Counted from the first letter of the stretch, positions 41,751 through 55,595 are shown. The stretch: DNA of 64,000 bases from Macrostomum lignano (GCA_002269645.1 NIVC01004013.1:738-64737); one strand, 5' to 3'. Numbers and translations: made by a program. Notes: a model not told the origin generated them from the sequence alone.

Positions 41751-42284
41751 CATTTCCTTTCCTTGTCTTCAGAAGCAGTTCAGGAAAAACAGCACGAAAA
41801 CTGAAAACCGGCGAAACTTGCTGTAGCTGTCCCTGTACGTGGATTAATAATGCGGACTTGGCATGTCCAGGCCCGACAGTCGACAACGTTTTTGTCGTGT
41901 TCGGTTAACCCCCCCCCCGGCCCCCCCGGTCGCTATAGCTTAATCTCCAATCTACCGACCAAGCCAGGAACTCCATAAAAACGGCTCCTTGATCCCTTCG
42001 TGCTTCCCTGTTTCATCTATTTCCTATTTTAGTCCATCCGTAATCCCCGAGACTAAGCATTCGGGTGGTTGGTTTTATTAACAAAAAGTTTACAGTGTCC
42101 TTCCTGTTCATACGATGCGCAAAAAGCTGCATTCATTTCTGCTGAACTATAACTATAACTGTAACTTCAAAGAAAATCTTTGAGAACTATATAGTGGAGA
42201 AAACTGCAGATTTCATTAGCGATATGGGGCGATTACTTAAATAGGAAATGCAGGCTGTCATAAAATGTGATTCTACAGGGTCAT

Positions 42285-42910
42285 AGGGCGCGATTCTACA
42301 GGTTCAAACTAGGCGATTCTGCAGGTTCATAAGGGGCGATTTTACAGGGTTACAAGGGCCATTCTACAGGGTCATAAGGGGCGATTTTACAGGGTCATAA
42401 GGAGCGATTTTACAGGGTTATAAGGGCCATTCTACAGGGTCATAGGGCGCGATTCTACAGGTTCAAACTAGGCGATTCTGCAGGTTCATAAGGGGCGATT
42501 TTACAGCGTTATAAGGGCCATTCTACAGGGTCATAAGGGGCGATTTTGCAGGGTCATAAGGGCCATTCTACAGGGTCATAAGGGGCGATTTTACAGGGTC
42601 AAAAGGGGCGATTTTACAGGGTTATAAGGGCCATTCTACAGGGTCATAAGGGGCGATTTTACAGGGTCATAAGGGGCGATTTTACAGGGTTATAAGGGCC
42701 ATTCTACAGGGTCATAAGGAGCGATTTTAAAGGGTCATAAGGGGCGATTTTACAGGGTTATAAGGGCCATTCTACAGGGTCATAAGGGGCGATTTTACAG
42801 GGTTATAAGGGCCATTCTACAGGGTCATAAGGGGTCATTCTACAGGGTCATAAGGGGCCATTCTACAGGGTCATAAGGGGCCATTCTACAGGGTCAAAAG
42901 GGGCGATTCT
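42285..42910. repeat. 22/23-bp alternating minisatellite
   Basis: CAGGGTCATAAGGGGCGATTTTA / CAGGGTTATAAGGGCCATTCTA. Confidence 0.93.
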
Positions 42911-43361
42911 TTAATAGTTCAAAGTTTTAAAATAAACATTTGAACAAACGAAATGTCATTTAGATAAAAAATTAACTACTTACAGTAGAAGATCAACGTT
43001 AGTTGAATAATCAATAAGTTCACCATGGGCGCGTGTATTTCTCTGGCTTTTTGAACCGGTTGCAACTTTGTAATCAAGCTGGCATATTATATATATAAGG
43101 ACTAAGGATATATGAAACTAAAGCCTATTAGATCTAATAATTTATTATGGGAACTATCTGATAAATTAAACTGCATGACAGAGTGGTTCTGTTCTAAGCG
43201 CAAGGCGAAAGAGCGTTTCCTACAAAGTGCAAGTACATTTGAGCACGATAAAAATTCAATAACGGACTAACCAATGTATAGATTAATATATTCATATTTC
43301 TTCTGATTTCTCAAAAAGAATGAAGGCCACTGGAACTGATATTTATTAATTATAGTCTAAT

Positions 43362-43888
43362 GAGTGGCACAGTCCACTACAGAGTGGCACGGTCCACTAC
43401 AGAGTGACACAGTCCACTACAGAGTGACACAGTTCACTACAGAGTGACACAGTTCACTACAGAGTGACACGGTCCACTACAGAGTGACACAGTTCACTAC
43501 AGAGTGGCACAGTCCACTACAGAGTGGCACAGTTCACTAGAGTGACACGGTCCACTACAGAGTGGCACAGTTCACTACAGTGACACAGTTCACTACAGAG
43601 TGACACGGTCCACTACAGAGTGACACAGTTCACTACAGAGTGACACAGTTCACTACAGAGTGACACGGTCCACTACAGAGTGACACAGTTCACTACAGAG
43701 TGACACAGTCCACTACAGAGTGGCACAGTTCACTAGAGTGACACGGTCCACTACAGAGTGGCACAGTTCACTACAGTGACACAGTTCACTACAGAGTGAC
43801 ACAGTTCACTACAGAGTGACACGGTCCACTAAAGAGTGACACAGCTCACTAAAGAGTGACACAGCTCACTAAAAAGTGATACAGTTCA
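43362..43888. repeat. 20-bp minisatellite
   Basis: AGAGTGACACAGTTCACTAC units. Confidence 0.95.
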
Positions 43889-44127
43889 CCCTACGAACCA
43901 TCATATTTACATAAGTTTATATTTTAATAACAAAATCAAACTTTGGAGCCAAGTAGCAAAGACAGGTTTTGGGAAGACTCTATCTTGTCATACTTTTTAG
44001 ATCCCAAGCGCGAGAATCTGGAAACTAACGTAACCAGCAGTAGACACGTGTCACTCTCTATTAACTTGAAAGTCACGAAAGAAATATGAAAAAAGCCAAT
44101 TGGTGACCTCCTCATCAATATCAAGGG

Positions 44128-47100
44128 TCACTTCCAGCCCACCTGTCTGCGCTCAACGTCAATCAGCAGGGCGTACCGGTCCTGCTCGAATGCGTCGCCG
44201 CACTGGTCGCTAAGCAACAGGTGCGAACGGGCCGGCCGAGAAGGCAGCTGGCCGAGAGCCTGGCCAATGTCCATGGCTACCAGGCGGGACTCGGCTGTTG
44301 GACTGGGAGCATCGGCTTCGCTGTGGGAGTCCTTGGCTCCGGATTCCTGCATTGGATTGTGGGATTGGCTGGAGTGAGGATGGGTCTAGTAGAATCCATT
44401 ATAGAGTGACCAGAATTCTTATAGAGTGACCAGAATGATTATAGAGTGACCACAATTCTTATAGAGTAACCAGAATGATTATAGAGTGACCAGAATGATT
44501 ATAGAGTAACCAGAATGATTATAGAGTGACCAGAATGATTATAGAGTGACCAGAATGATTATAGAGTGACCACAATTCTTATAGAGTAACCAGAATGATT
44601 ATAGAGTGACCAGAATGATTATAGAGTGACCAGAATGATTATAGAGTGATCACAATTCTTATAGAGTAACCAGAATGATTATAGAGTGACCAGAATGATT
44701 ATAGAGTAACCAGAATGATTATAGAGTAACCAGAATGATTATAGAGTGACCAGAATTCTTAAAAAGTGACCGCAATCCCTATATAGAGACGAGAATCCTT
44801 AGAGTGACCAGAATTCTTTCAGAGGGACCAGAATCCTTACGAAGTGACCGGAATCCTTACGAAGTGACCGGAATCCTTACGAAGTGACCGGAATCCTTAT
44901 AGAGTGACCAGATTTCTTTAGTGAACAGGATCTTTAACATAGAGTGACCAGAATTCTTGTAGAAAGACGAGAGTTCTTATAGAGTGACCAGAATTCTTTT
45001 AGAGTGACCAGAATCTTTATAAAGAGTGACCATAATAATTATAGAGTGACCAGAGTCATTATACAGTCAACTAACTGAAATCCTAATAGAATGACCAGAA
45101 TCCTCAGAGTGACCAGAATCCTCAGAGTGACCAGAATCCTTAGAGTGACAAGAGCCCAGTAGAGTGAGCAGATAAGTGAATCTCGTACAATCATCAATAA
45201 CGAACCTGTTCAGCAGGCGGCAGCACCCTAACCAAGCCGAGCGCCGTCAGCAATTCAACAGGCCTATCCGAGTCAAATTCAATAGCGGAGCCGCAGGCGG
45301 CCATAGCCCAGTCTTGAGCAGCCTGCTCCAACTGTAGCGGAGTGAGGCCGTCGGGCTTAGCGAACAGCATGCAATAAGCCAGCAGAGCGGATTTAAACGC
45401 CTCATCTTCGGCTCGATCAGTGAGCAGTGCTAGCAGAGGCCGGTTGCCAGCCAGGCAGTTGTGATAAACCAGAGCGGCCAGTTCGGCCAAATGACGCGCC
45501 TTTCTCTCTTTGTAGGTGACGGTCCCCCGGAATGCGGCTAGGAGGCTGACGCCGGTGACCAGGCCCCAGTAGTCTATGTAGGTCAGGTGGTGCTTCCAAG
45601 CGTAGCTGGCGAACAGCGCTCCGCCCGTGCCCACCGACAGGGTGCTGAATATGATGCCCCTGTCCAGGGGGGACATCACCAGGGTGCCTGCGGGATTGTG
45701 CAGTAGCTATAATAGATCAGAGATATGTGCAGTAGCTATAATAGATCAGAGATATGTGCAGTAGCCATAATAGATCAGAGATATGTGCAGTAGCTATAAT
45801 AGATCAGAGATATGTGCAGCAGCTATAATAGATCAGAGATATGTGCAGTAGCCATAATAGATCAGAGATACGTGCAGTAGCTATAATAGATCAGAGATAT
45901 GTGCAGTAGCCATAATAGAGAGATATGTGCAGTAGCGATAATAGATCAGAGATACGTGCAGTAGCTATAATAGATCAGAGATATGTGCAGTAGCGATAAT
46001 AGATCAGAGATATGTGCAGTAGCTATAATAGATCAGAGATATGTGCAGTAGCTATAATAGATCAGAGATATGTGCAGTAGCTATAATAGATCAGAGATAT
46101 GTGCAGCAGCCATAATAGATCAGAGATATGTGCAGTAGCCATAATAGATCAGAGATATGTGCAGTAGCTATAATAGATCAGAGATATGTGCAGTAGCTAT
46201 AATAGATCAGAGATACGTGCAGTAGCTATAATAGATCAGAGATATGTGCAGTAGCCATAATAGAGAGATATGTGCAGTAGCGATAATAGATCAGAGATAC
46301 GTGCAGTAGCTATAATAGATCAGAGATATGTGCAGTAGCGATAATAGATCAGAGATATGTGCAGTAGCTATAATAGATCAGAGATATGTGCAGTAGCTAT
46401 AATAGATCAGAGATATGTGCAGTAGCGATAATAGATCAGAGATATGTGCAGTAGCCATAATAGATCAGAGATATGTGCAGTAGCCATAATAGATCAGAGA
46501 TATGTGCAGTAGCCATAATAGATCAGAGATATGTGCAGTAGCCAAACCATAAATAGGAAAAGCTGCTCAATCTACCCAAGACTGCAGGGCTAAAAAAGTC
46601 CGGAGACAGTGGCAGCAGCATCCATTCCTTCCCTTGCCTGTCTGCCCGGCTACCAAATATAGTTTATAACTACAGAAAGTAGAGGAGAGAACTGACTGAC
46701 TGTCGTTAGCTGTTCCAGTCTGGATTCTCTCTTGTCTAAGGGTAAGCGGCATTAACAATGCCAACAACAAAGTCGGGGGCCACCCCTACCCCGCTCTCAC
46801 TCTCAAGGCGGGACACGCAACAGCCGCAGTTGGGTGTTGCAAAACGCGACAACTAAAAGAGGCAGTAAAGACTTGGGAAGTGGGGAGGAGGGAGGAAGAG
46901 GAAAGATGAAGAATTATTGATGCCGAGGTGGACTGGCTTGGCAGCTGGGAGGTCCTAGACGGATTGACAGCAGTCAGAGTCTCATAAGACTGTTAGTAGC
47001 GGCATCTCAGAGCATGGCTTGGGCAAGCTTATCACATTAGGGAGGATTTGGGCCCTTTAAGAATCCAATTGTACTACTTGTAGATAGTAGTAGAATTGGA

Positions 47101-50100
47101 AAAAACTAACCCCCAGATATGTGAAATGACAAGAGATTTTGTGATCCCTAATAACGAATTCTTGAAATTCTTAATCCCAAGATATTAATCTTTATCCCAA
47201 GATCTTAATCTATAATCCTGAGATCTTGATCTTTAATCCCAAGATCTTAATCTTTAATCACAAGATCTTGATCTTTAATCCCGAGATTTTGATCAATAAT
47301 CCTGAGATCTTGATCTTTAATCCCAAGATCTTAATCTTTAATCACAAGATCTTAATCTTTATCCCAAGATCTTAATCTTTAATCCCAAGATCTTAATCTT
47401 TAATCACAAGATCTTAATCTATAATCCTGAGATCTTGATCTTTAATCCCAAGATTTTGATCAATAATCCCGAGATCTTGATCTTTAATCCCAAGATCTTG
47501 ATTTTTAATCCCAAGATCTTGATTTTTAATCCCAAGATCCTGATCTATAATCCCCAGATTTGAACCCTAAACACCAAGATTCAGTTCCGTAATCCACAGA
47601 TCTCGCATCCCGAATTCCTGGTGCATCACAGCAAGTGAAAGCGCCTCACCCTCAGGCAGCAGCATGTCAATCTCGCTGGCGTCCACGTTTTTAAACATTT
47701 TAACGCTCAGCCGATCGCTCTGCTTGAGTCTGACGGCCAGCACCAGACGCTGGTACAGCTGCGGCTCTCCAGCGCCACCGCGGCGGCCTCCGCTCATCAG
47801 CACAGACCGAGCCCGCCCCAGTAGGCCGGTGGCAGCGGCTTTAGGCGCCTCAGTCTGGCCGATGACCCACACGCGGAGTACGTCGTATTTGGACAGGTCC
47901 ACGCCCACCTGGGATGCAGAGGTTGGAGCAGCGCAAAATGACAGTTATGGTCCTTTGGATTGGCTGGGAAGACACTGTACATATAATAAAAGATTTGCAT
48001 TGTAAAGAATTCAGGAAAAGACGTACAGTAAGGAAGACTAGGTGAGATGGAGAGACTGGGAGCACATGGGAATGATGGAAAGAGACTGGGAGCACAGGGG
48101 AATGATGGGAAGAGACTGGGAGCACAAGGAAATGATGGAAAGAGACTGGGAGCACAGGGGAAGAGACTGGGAGCACAGGGGAAGAGAGTGGGAGCACAGG
48201 GGAAGAAAGTGGGAGCACAGGGGAAGAGAGTGGGAGCACAGGGGAAGAGAGTGGGAGCACAGGGGAATGATGGGAAGAGACTGGGAGCACAGGGGAATGA
48301 TGGGAAGAGACTGGGAGCACAAGGAAATGATGGAAAGAGACTGGGAGCACAGGGGAAGAGACTGGGAGCACAGGGGAATGATGGGAAGAGAATGGGAGCA
48401 CAGAGGAATGATGGGAAGAGACTGGGAGCACAGGGTAATGATGGGAAGAGAGTGGGAGCACAGGGGAAGAGAGTGGGAGCACAGGGGAAGAGAGTGGGAG
48501 CACAGGGGAAGAGAGTGGGAGCACAGGGGAAGAGAGTGGGAGCACAGGGGAAGAGAGTGGGAGCACAGGGGAAGAGAGTGGGAGCACAGGGGAAGAGAGT
48601 GGGAGCACAGGGGAATGATGGGAAGAGACTGGGAGCACAGGGGAATGATGGGAAGAGAATGGGAGCACAAGGAATGATGGGAAGAGACTGGGAGCACAAG
48701 GAATGATGGGAAGAGACTGGGAGCACAGGGGAATGATGGGAAGAGAATGGGAGCACAGAGGAATGATGGGAAGAGAATGGGAGCACAAGGAATGATGGGA
48801 AGAGACTGGGAGCACAGGGGAATGATGGGAAGAGACTGGGAGCACAGGGGAATGATGGGAAGAGACTGGGAGCACAGAGGAATGATGGGAAGAGACTGGG
48901 AGCACAGAGGAATGATGGGAAGAGACTGGGAGCACAGAGGAATGATGGGAAGAGACTGGGAGCACAGGGGAATGATGGGAAGAGACTGGGAGCACAGGGG
49001 AAGAGAAAATAACAGGTGCAGAACGGGGATGGCAGCAGGACAGCACTGTAACTATTTAAACTCCAGCATAATTTCAAGTCACCTGCACGCCGGCCCTGGA
49101 CTTGTGCAGGCTGAGCGCCCTGGCTACCTGAGCGCTGCCCAATTCGCGAAAATTGCCGGCCTCCAGCACGGCGGCCAGGCGGCGCAGGAAGTCAAATTCT
49201 GCGTCCAGTCGGGCTCTGCGCGGCATCTGATTGGTCGGCGTGTCGTCGTCTGGGTTCAGCGGGGCGAACAGGTCGCTGCGGGAGGGCGAGACATATCGAT
49301 TAAGGAATGGGTGACGGGCACTCCCAGATCCTCAGTGGCTGATCTAGCCTCCCAGATCCTCAGTGGCTGATCCAGCCTCCCAGATCCTCAGTTGCTGGGC
49401 CAGCCTCCCAGATTCTCAGTGGCTGGGCCAGCCTCCCAGATTCTCAGTTGCTGGGCCAGCCTCTCAGATCCTCAGTTGCTGGGCCAGCTTCCCAGATCCT
49501 CAGTTGCTGGGCCAGCCTTCCAGATTCTCAGTTGCTGGGCCAGCCTCCCAGATTCTCAGTTGCTGGGCCAGCCTGCCAGATTCTCAGTTGCTGGGCCAGC
49601 CTCCCAGATCCTCAGTGGCTGGGCCAGCCTCCCAGATCCTCAGTTGATGGGCCAGCCTCTCAGATCCTCAGTTGCTAAGCCAGCCTCCCAGATCCTCAAT
49701 TGCTGGGCCAGCCTCCCAGATCCTCAATGGCTGATCCAGCCTCCCAGATTCTCAGTGGCTGGGCCAGCCTCCCAGATCCTCAATTGCTGGGCCAGCCTCC
49801 CAGATTCTCAGTTGCTGGGCCAGCCTCTCAGATCCTCAGTTGCTGGGCCAGCCTCTCAGATCCTCAGTTGCTGGGCCAGCCTCCCAAATCCTCAGTTGCT
49901 GTGCCAGCCTCCCAGATCCTCAGTTGCTGGGCCAGCCTCCCAGATCCTCAGTTGCTGGGCCACAGATCCACAGTTGCTCACCGCAGCTCCCTCAGAGTGC
50001 CGTAGAACTGCCCCACCAGAGCGTGGTCAAGCGAAGCGGCCAAGTTTTGAAAACCGGCCTGCTGACCGGCCGTGCTCACGGCGGCCTCTTTGCACAGCAG

Positions 50101-50310
50101 ACGGACTAGCGACGCCTTGGCCAGCGGCAGGTGCCGCTCCCTGAAGCCGCCGGCCCCCGGCTCTTGCGGACCGACCTCCAGCTTGGCCAGAGCGGCGCCG
50201 ACATCGCGCAGGCGTCGCCAACTGCCGCCGGGCAGCAGGGGGACGGGCAGCTCGCTGACCCGGTCAAACAGGCGACGATAAGAGACGCCGCCAAGTGACT
50301 TCTTCAGCAT
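44128..50310 (-). CDS. TMEM143: TMEM143/DUF3754-family protein, about 493 aa, 5 exons
   Basis: Exons 50310-49982, 49275-49083, 47908-47650, 45687-45206 and 44346-44128 have GT-AG introns with compatible phases (1482 nt). Motifs FRERHLPL, LFAPLNPD, GNFREL, VKMFKNV...MLLPE, two TM helices, LVYHNCLAGN, RAEDEAFKSALLAY. Confidence 0.85.
44400..45165. repeat. 20-bp intronic minisatellite
   Basis: ATAGAGTGACCAGAATGATT units in intron 4. Confidence 0.93.
45697..46545. repeat. 29-bp intronic minisatellite
   Basis: GTGCAGTAGCTATAATAGATCAGAGATAT units in intron 3. Confidence 0.95.
47165..47570. repeat. 21-bp intronic minisatellite
   Basis: AATCCCAAGATCTTAATCTTT units in intron 3. Confidence 0.92.
48045..49005. 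repeat. 21/30-bp intronic minisatellite
   Basis: GGGAGCACAGGGG(AATGATGGG)AAGAGACT units in intron 2. Confidence 0.94.
49320..49975. repeat. 28-bp intronic minisatellite
   Basis: CCAGCCTCCCAGATCCTCAGTTGCTGGG units in intron 1. Confidence 0.94.
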
Positions 50311-52032
50311 CTGGCTGAGTTAAAGCTGAGTGGTTAGATTGGCAGCAGTTGGTGGGTCACAGGCTAGGTTTTAACTTTATTATCGACATCTTGATGCTAA
50401 ATTGGCACCCAGTTTTTTCCAAGCTGGATTCCTTTCAATTTAAGTTCCATGTATTTTTAAAAACTTTTTTGACCTATTCTAACTGGCAACCCAGTTTTCA
50501 GCTTAACTTTGATGCTTAAGAAAGCCCAGAGTTTTATGCTTTTTAATTGTAATATTCCAATACAATTTGTCTAATCTAAGTTGAGCTCAAGAGTATGGTT
50601 TAGGGATGTTTTTGAAATTCTTTGCTTTAGAAATGTAAAGAATAGGAAAATAATTGCAAAATGCCTGCACTATTAAATATATGCATTATTGATTTTTATA
50701 TTGATTATTGAAAATGTTTTACTATAGCTTGTACTATCTTCAGGCAATAATATTTAAAAAATAGAAGGATAAAAGGATTTAGAATAGTGTAAATAGATAC
50801 TAATTAGGCTTAATATCAAATCATGATCAAATCTCAATTATCTCAAAAGTATAGATCTTGAGTTGCAAAAATTTCAAAAAAAATGTGATTTTGTCTAATC
50901 CCTAGAGATAGGATAAAAGGAAAAATAGGATATGATAATAAAAATAGGATAGGATACAATAAAAATAGGATAGGATAAATAGAAATACCCCATTTCTTCT
51001 GTTGTACTCTACTAAAGCTATGTTTTAAAAAATAAAACTAGGCCTCTTTGCTACATATATAAAAAAGGCCTAAATCATAAATGATCACTTGTGCAACTAT
51101 TTATAGAAATGTTCTATATACACAAACAAGCATAAAGAATAAACTAGCCTAATTAGAGGCTACCACATAAAAAAGAAGATTAAAAAAAAATATTGTTCAT
51201 TTTTATATATAAATCTGCTTGTCACAAAACTAAGTCATATTTTAAATAAAAAATAAGTTGCATAGCTAATGTAACTTCAAAGTATATAGATATATCGATA
51301 AAAATCACTATAATTATTAAGGTCTTGATATCATAGATCTAATCAATGACAAAAAACATTACTTAATGAAAAATGATTCAAGGTCACAAACTAGCAAATA
51401 TTTAATATAAGTTAATAAGACAAAATCTTAGAATGGATAAAAGTCATGATTTAAGTTATAATCACTAATAGTTTGATAGTTTTCAAAATACAAATTATGA
51501 TACCATTGGTATAATGAGTGACAATACTTTAACATATATGTGATTTTTATACAATGCTAAAAAAGGTATTAGATGGCAAAAAAATTTTATTATATCTAAC
51601 CCTATGACAATCAAGGTTCTATTTGTATATGAGAAAAGCCTAGTATTAGGGTTGTACTTTGTTTTTTTTTATGTTGTTTCATCATCATCTCTCTCTCTTT
51701 CCTGTGACTAATCATTCTTATATGCTATTGCTTTATTCCTGACCCTATCTATTGAAATATTTATACTTTCCAACTTGTACATAGTTTTAACCTCCTGCCA
51801 ACCAATAGACATGTCTATTGATATACATAGTTTTGTGTTATAAAGTCAATACTTAGTAAATTTGGTATAGTTCTTTTTGTGTAAGCCTATTTTCTCCTTT
51901 ACTTGCAAATATGTCTTGACTCAGTTTTGCCTAGACTTACACTTAGTGGTTAGCTATTGCTGAGTATATATCAAGTGGCAATCTTCTAGTTTGTTTTAAA
52001 ATGTTATTTTTAATAGGATATATAACAATTAA

Positions 52033-52968
52033 CTGACATCAATTAACTGACATTCCAAGATGTCAGCAGTTCGTCTACCTCGGCGGTCTGGTTCCCGATG
52101 TCCGTGAGGATCTGCAGCGTCGCCAAGGACTTGCCTGGGCTGCCTTTTGTTCTATAAGGTCAGTCCTGCAGTCTGAGGCCCTACCGGACTGCCAGAAGGC
52201 AGCGCTGTTCCAGGCGGTGATCGAGACCGTCCTGTTATACAACACTGAGACCTAGACGCTAACAGACTCACTTGAGGCTCAAGTCAACGCGGCGCACACT
52301 GGCCTGCTGCGTGCCACCTTCAAGATCAGCAACGAGCGAGTCACCAACACGACGCTCTATCATTGCGCCAGCCTGGCCCATCCTAGCAATCTGCTGCGCC
52401 GTCGGCGACTCCAGCTGGCAAGCCATGTCATCCCTGATTGCAGTACATGGGCATTTTGGCGGACGGCGTCCGGCACGGATCAGCCTGCGCGGCGCAGCAT
52501 TGGTGGTGGACCAGGGGTAAGTTGCAAAAATGCCACCCCATAGAATACGGGCGTAGTACTAATTAGATGCCGAGGCATTTAGGCTTGATAAGACAGTCAT
52601 AGTTACTCCTGCCGTTTACCCAAAACTTAAGCGTTAATTTTGCTTTAAGGTTTCTTTCACAGGTAAGTCATTTCACAGCGTGGCGCAGGTTGTGTAGGTG
52701 TCTGGCGTACTTAAGCCATGCGCTGCAATAGGGATGTCATCTACGCTGAGGCCTACTGTCCGGAGCCAGTGCAGGAGATGCTGCTACTTATGTTGCAGGC
52801 ACCCTACCGGCGGGGACAGGCGAGGACTCGGCGCTACGTCGACTGTCTGCTGGCTGACACTGGCGCCCTAGACTCTGCCAATGGTGCGGCCTTTGTTCGT
52901 GCCCAAGCTTCGAAGTGCACCATCTGACGCTGCTTTCGCAAACTGACAGCGTACTCTGTTGTTGTTGT
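52033..52968 (+). mobile_element. 5'-truncated RTE-like LINE, copy 3, interrupted by a MITE
   Basis: FVYLGG...LAWAAF...LFQAVIETVLLYNTET*TL...RRRRLQLASHVI // YAEAYCPEPVQE...RRYVDCL; (GTT)n tail; 14-bp TSD TATATAACAATTAA at 52019-52032 and 52969-52982. Confidence 0.88.
52432..52733. mobile_element. MITE of about 300 bp nested in LINE copy 3
   Basis: Imperfect TIRs CCCTGATTGCAGTACATGG / CCATGCGCTGCAATAGGG; TSD ATGTCAT(C) at 52425 and 52734. Confidence 0.75.
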
Positions 52969-54608
52969 TATATAACAATTAAATACAAATAGTCAATTAG
53001 GGCCTAGTCAGTCAAGCAGTTAGGCCTAGTTAGATAGAGACATTAGTATATTTAGATTATTTCAACTCCAGAAAAGTAATCTACAAACTATTTTAAGTAC
53101 AAAAAACTACCTTTAAGAGACCTTAGCCTGATTAAGCACTAATTCTATGCTTCTAAACTTGTTGTTATAATGGGACTAACATCAGAAAGCCACAAATAGT
53201 CTATGCCATGGCCAAAACATTAAAACATTTTGCAACTTGAAAAAAGTCTATGGTCTAGACTTTAGTCCAAACATCTATGGTCTTTAGGCCCTAACAAGTT
53301 AACAAATAACAAATAGGGCCTAAATAGAAATAGTCTAAACAAGTTTAGAAGCATATAATTAGTGCTTAATCAGGCTTAGGTTTTTTGCAATGCTAGAGGA
53401 ATTCCTCTAGATGTGCCTCAAAAAGGACATCAGACAGAAGTGCTATTCATAATAAAGCTTGGTGTTGCTGGCTAGCTAGCCATGTTGTAAAAAAACTTGC
53501 TAATAAAACTTATCAAACTTGTTCTTGCTGTAGCATACTGCATACATCGTCACATCGATACATTTTGATTTACTTAGTAGGCCTAGTAGATAGTAAAGCC
53601 AGAGCAAGTTATATCTAATGCTAAGAATTTTTAAGAATTTTAAGAATTAGATAAAATAAGAAAAAGCAAGATAAGGCTATTTAAATTTTTATTAGATTCC
53701 TATATAGTGAGATTTCACCTATAGACTAGATACTAGGGGGTGAAATGGAAATATATCCCAAAAACAAATAGGCAGGGTGTTGTTGGTATTTCTTCGCTTC
53801 GCGGCCCGGCGGCCGGCCTAACGCATTCGTAGTCCAAAATTCCATAAAGCAAATAATATTTAAACAAATACTTTTTGAACTAGAAATTAGGTACTAAACA
53901 GATTAGACTTGTAACGGTGCATTTTCTTCATAATTTATGTAAATTTACCCTAAATTCCAGCTTCGTTCACTTGCTCTACCAACATTTTCAACTTCTTAGA
54001 TCATTTCTTCTTATTGCAATACTACTTCAAGTGCTATAACAAAAATATCTAAATTTATAAAACTGTAGAAAGAGATTGATATTTTACTAGGAAATCTTAT
54101 TATTTAGTCATTGTAGTCAGTGCATGAGGGAAGGCGAGGGTGCCAGGTCAATGGCTCCCCTCAGCCGTGTCAAAATGTTTGCTATATCTTTTTGTCTTCT
54201 TTTGCGATTGTCGCCGATTCTTGAACAGTTTGGACTTAGACGCAGACGCATGCATGATGCTGATTTGGAAGAGGCTTAGTATAGGTTGCCCCCTCAAAAT
54301 TTCTAAATTGTCGCTTAATTGTGGTGTCAATGCAAATGCAATTCCCAATGCAATGGGAATTGAGTGCTTTTGCCAGTATGTACACATAGAGCAGTAAATT
54401 GTTTATTTACTGTCATGCATAATGTCATACATAATGTCATACATAGAAAAATTTAATGCATGCTAAACACAGAAACCTTCACATTTTATATTGATTGTTT
54501 CACAATTTTTATTGAAAAAAACGGCCTTAAATTCCTCTTTTTTCAGCAACGGAAGAATAAATTCCTTTGCGAGATACAAAGATGTCAAATCTGGTACCCA
54601 TCACTATC

Positions 54609-54681
54609 GGGGTACTAGCTCAAATGGTAGAGCGCTCGCTTAGCATGCGAGAGGTACAGGGATCGATGCCCTGGTACTCCA
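54609..54681 (+). tRNA. trnA-AGC: tRNA-Ala (AGC)
   Basis: Full 73-nt cloverleaf: acceptor GGGGTAC/GTACTCC with G3:U70, D arm GCTC/GAGC, anticodon arm CTCGC-TTAGCAT-GCGAG, T arm CAGGG/CCCTG. A T-run terminator follows just downstream. Confidence 0.97.
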
Positions 54682-55369
54682 TAGAATTTTTACATGTAAT
54701 GCTTATCGCTTGATTGTTTTATTAAATACGTTTGTACAGAACAAGAATTTTTTAATATAATGACATTTTGCATTTGCATTTTGCTTGCATTTTTGTCTTT
54801 TTAGGCAGAAATTACTATTTAAAACGTGTAGCGATATGTATCGAAAAGAATATAACTAGTTAGAAAAATAAATTGGCATGAAAATATAGCTAAGATCGCA
54901 GGCTTCACAACTTTACTCAGAAATCAGTCGGTTGAATACGAGCGTATCTTGCAGCACAGCAAAAGTTTTTGCAGCTGGCACATATTCTTCTCTACAAACA
55001 TTTAGAATGTGGATAAGGAAGTAAGTGGGAGTTGGATGGGATCAATGTGATCAATAATTACTATTTTTACAGTTTGTTACAATTTACAACGAAAGAAACA
55101 CAAGTGCCATCATCAACTGTGGCTGCGCAACGTTTATTTTAACAAAAGCAGAAAAGGCATCAGCGAAATTAGGAAAATTAAAACCGTGAATTTGAAGCGC
55201 ACTAAAGCCAATAAAACAGAAGTTCCTAATAGGAATCAAAATTTTCTGGCAATACTACTGACCTCATTTAGCGTAGTAGTATACACAATATCTTCAATGT
55301 ATAAAACCTACAGAAGTTTCACAATCATCAGGTTCCTTCGGGTTCAATGATCATTTTATGTTCAGTATC

Positions 55370-55595
55370 TCATCATTGTGTGTCCAATATCCCCATCATT
55401 GTGTGTCCAATATCCCCATCATTGTGTGTCCAATATCCCATCAAATTGTGTGTCCAATATCCCATCATTGTTTCCAATGTCCCCATCATTGCGTGTACAA
55501 TATCCCATCATTGTGCGTCTAATATCCCAACATTGTGTCCAATGTCCCATCATTGTGTGTCCAATATCCCATCATTGTTTCGTTTCCAATGTCCC
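55370..55595. repeat. Short ~23-25-bp minisatellite
   Basis: TGTGTCCAATATCCCCATCATTG-like units. Confidence 0.85.

Noticed and set aside
43362-43888. Compensatory covariation in the AGTG(A/G)...(T/C)CACT stem of the 20-bp units
   Set aside because: All four combinations occur, so there is no evidence of selection on pairing.
50340-52020. AT-rich tract as organellar or foreign DNA
   Set aside because: I could find no ORFs, tRNA or rRNA motifs in it.
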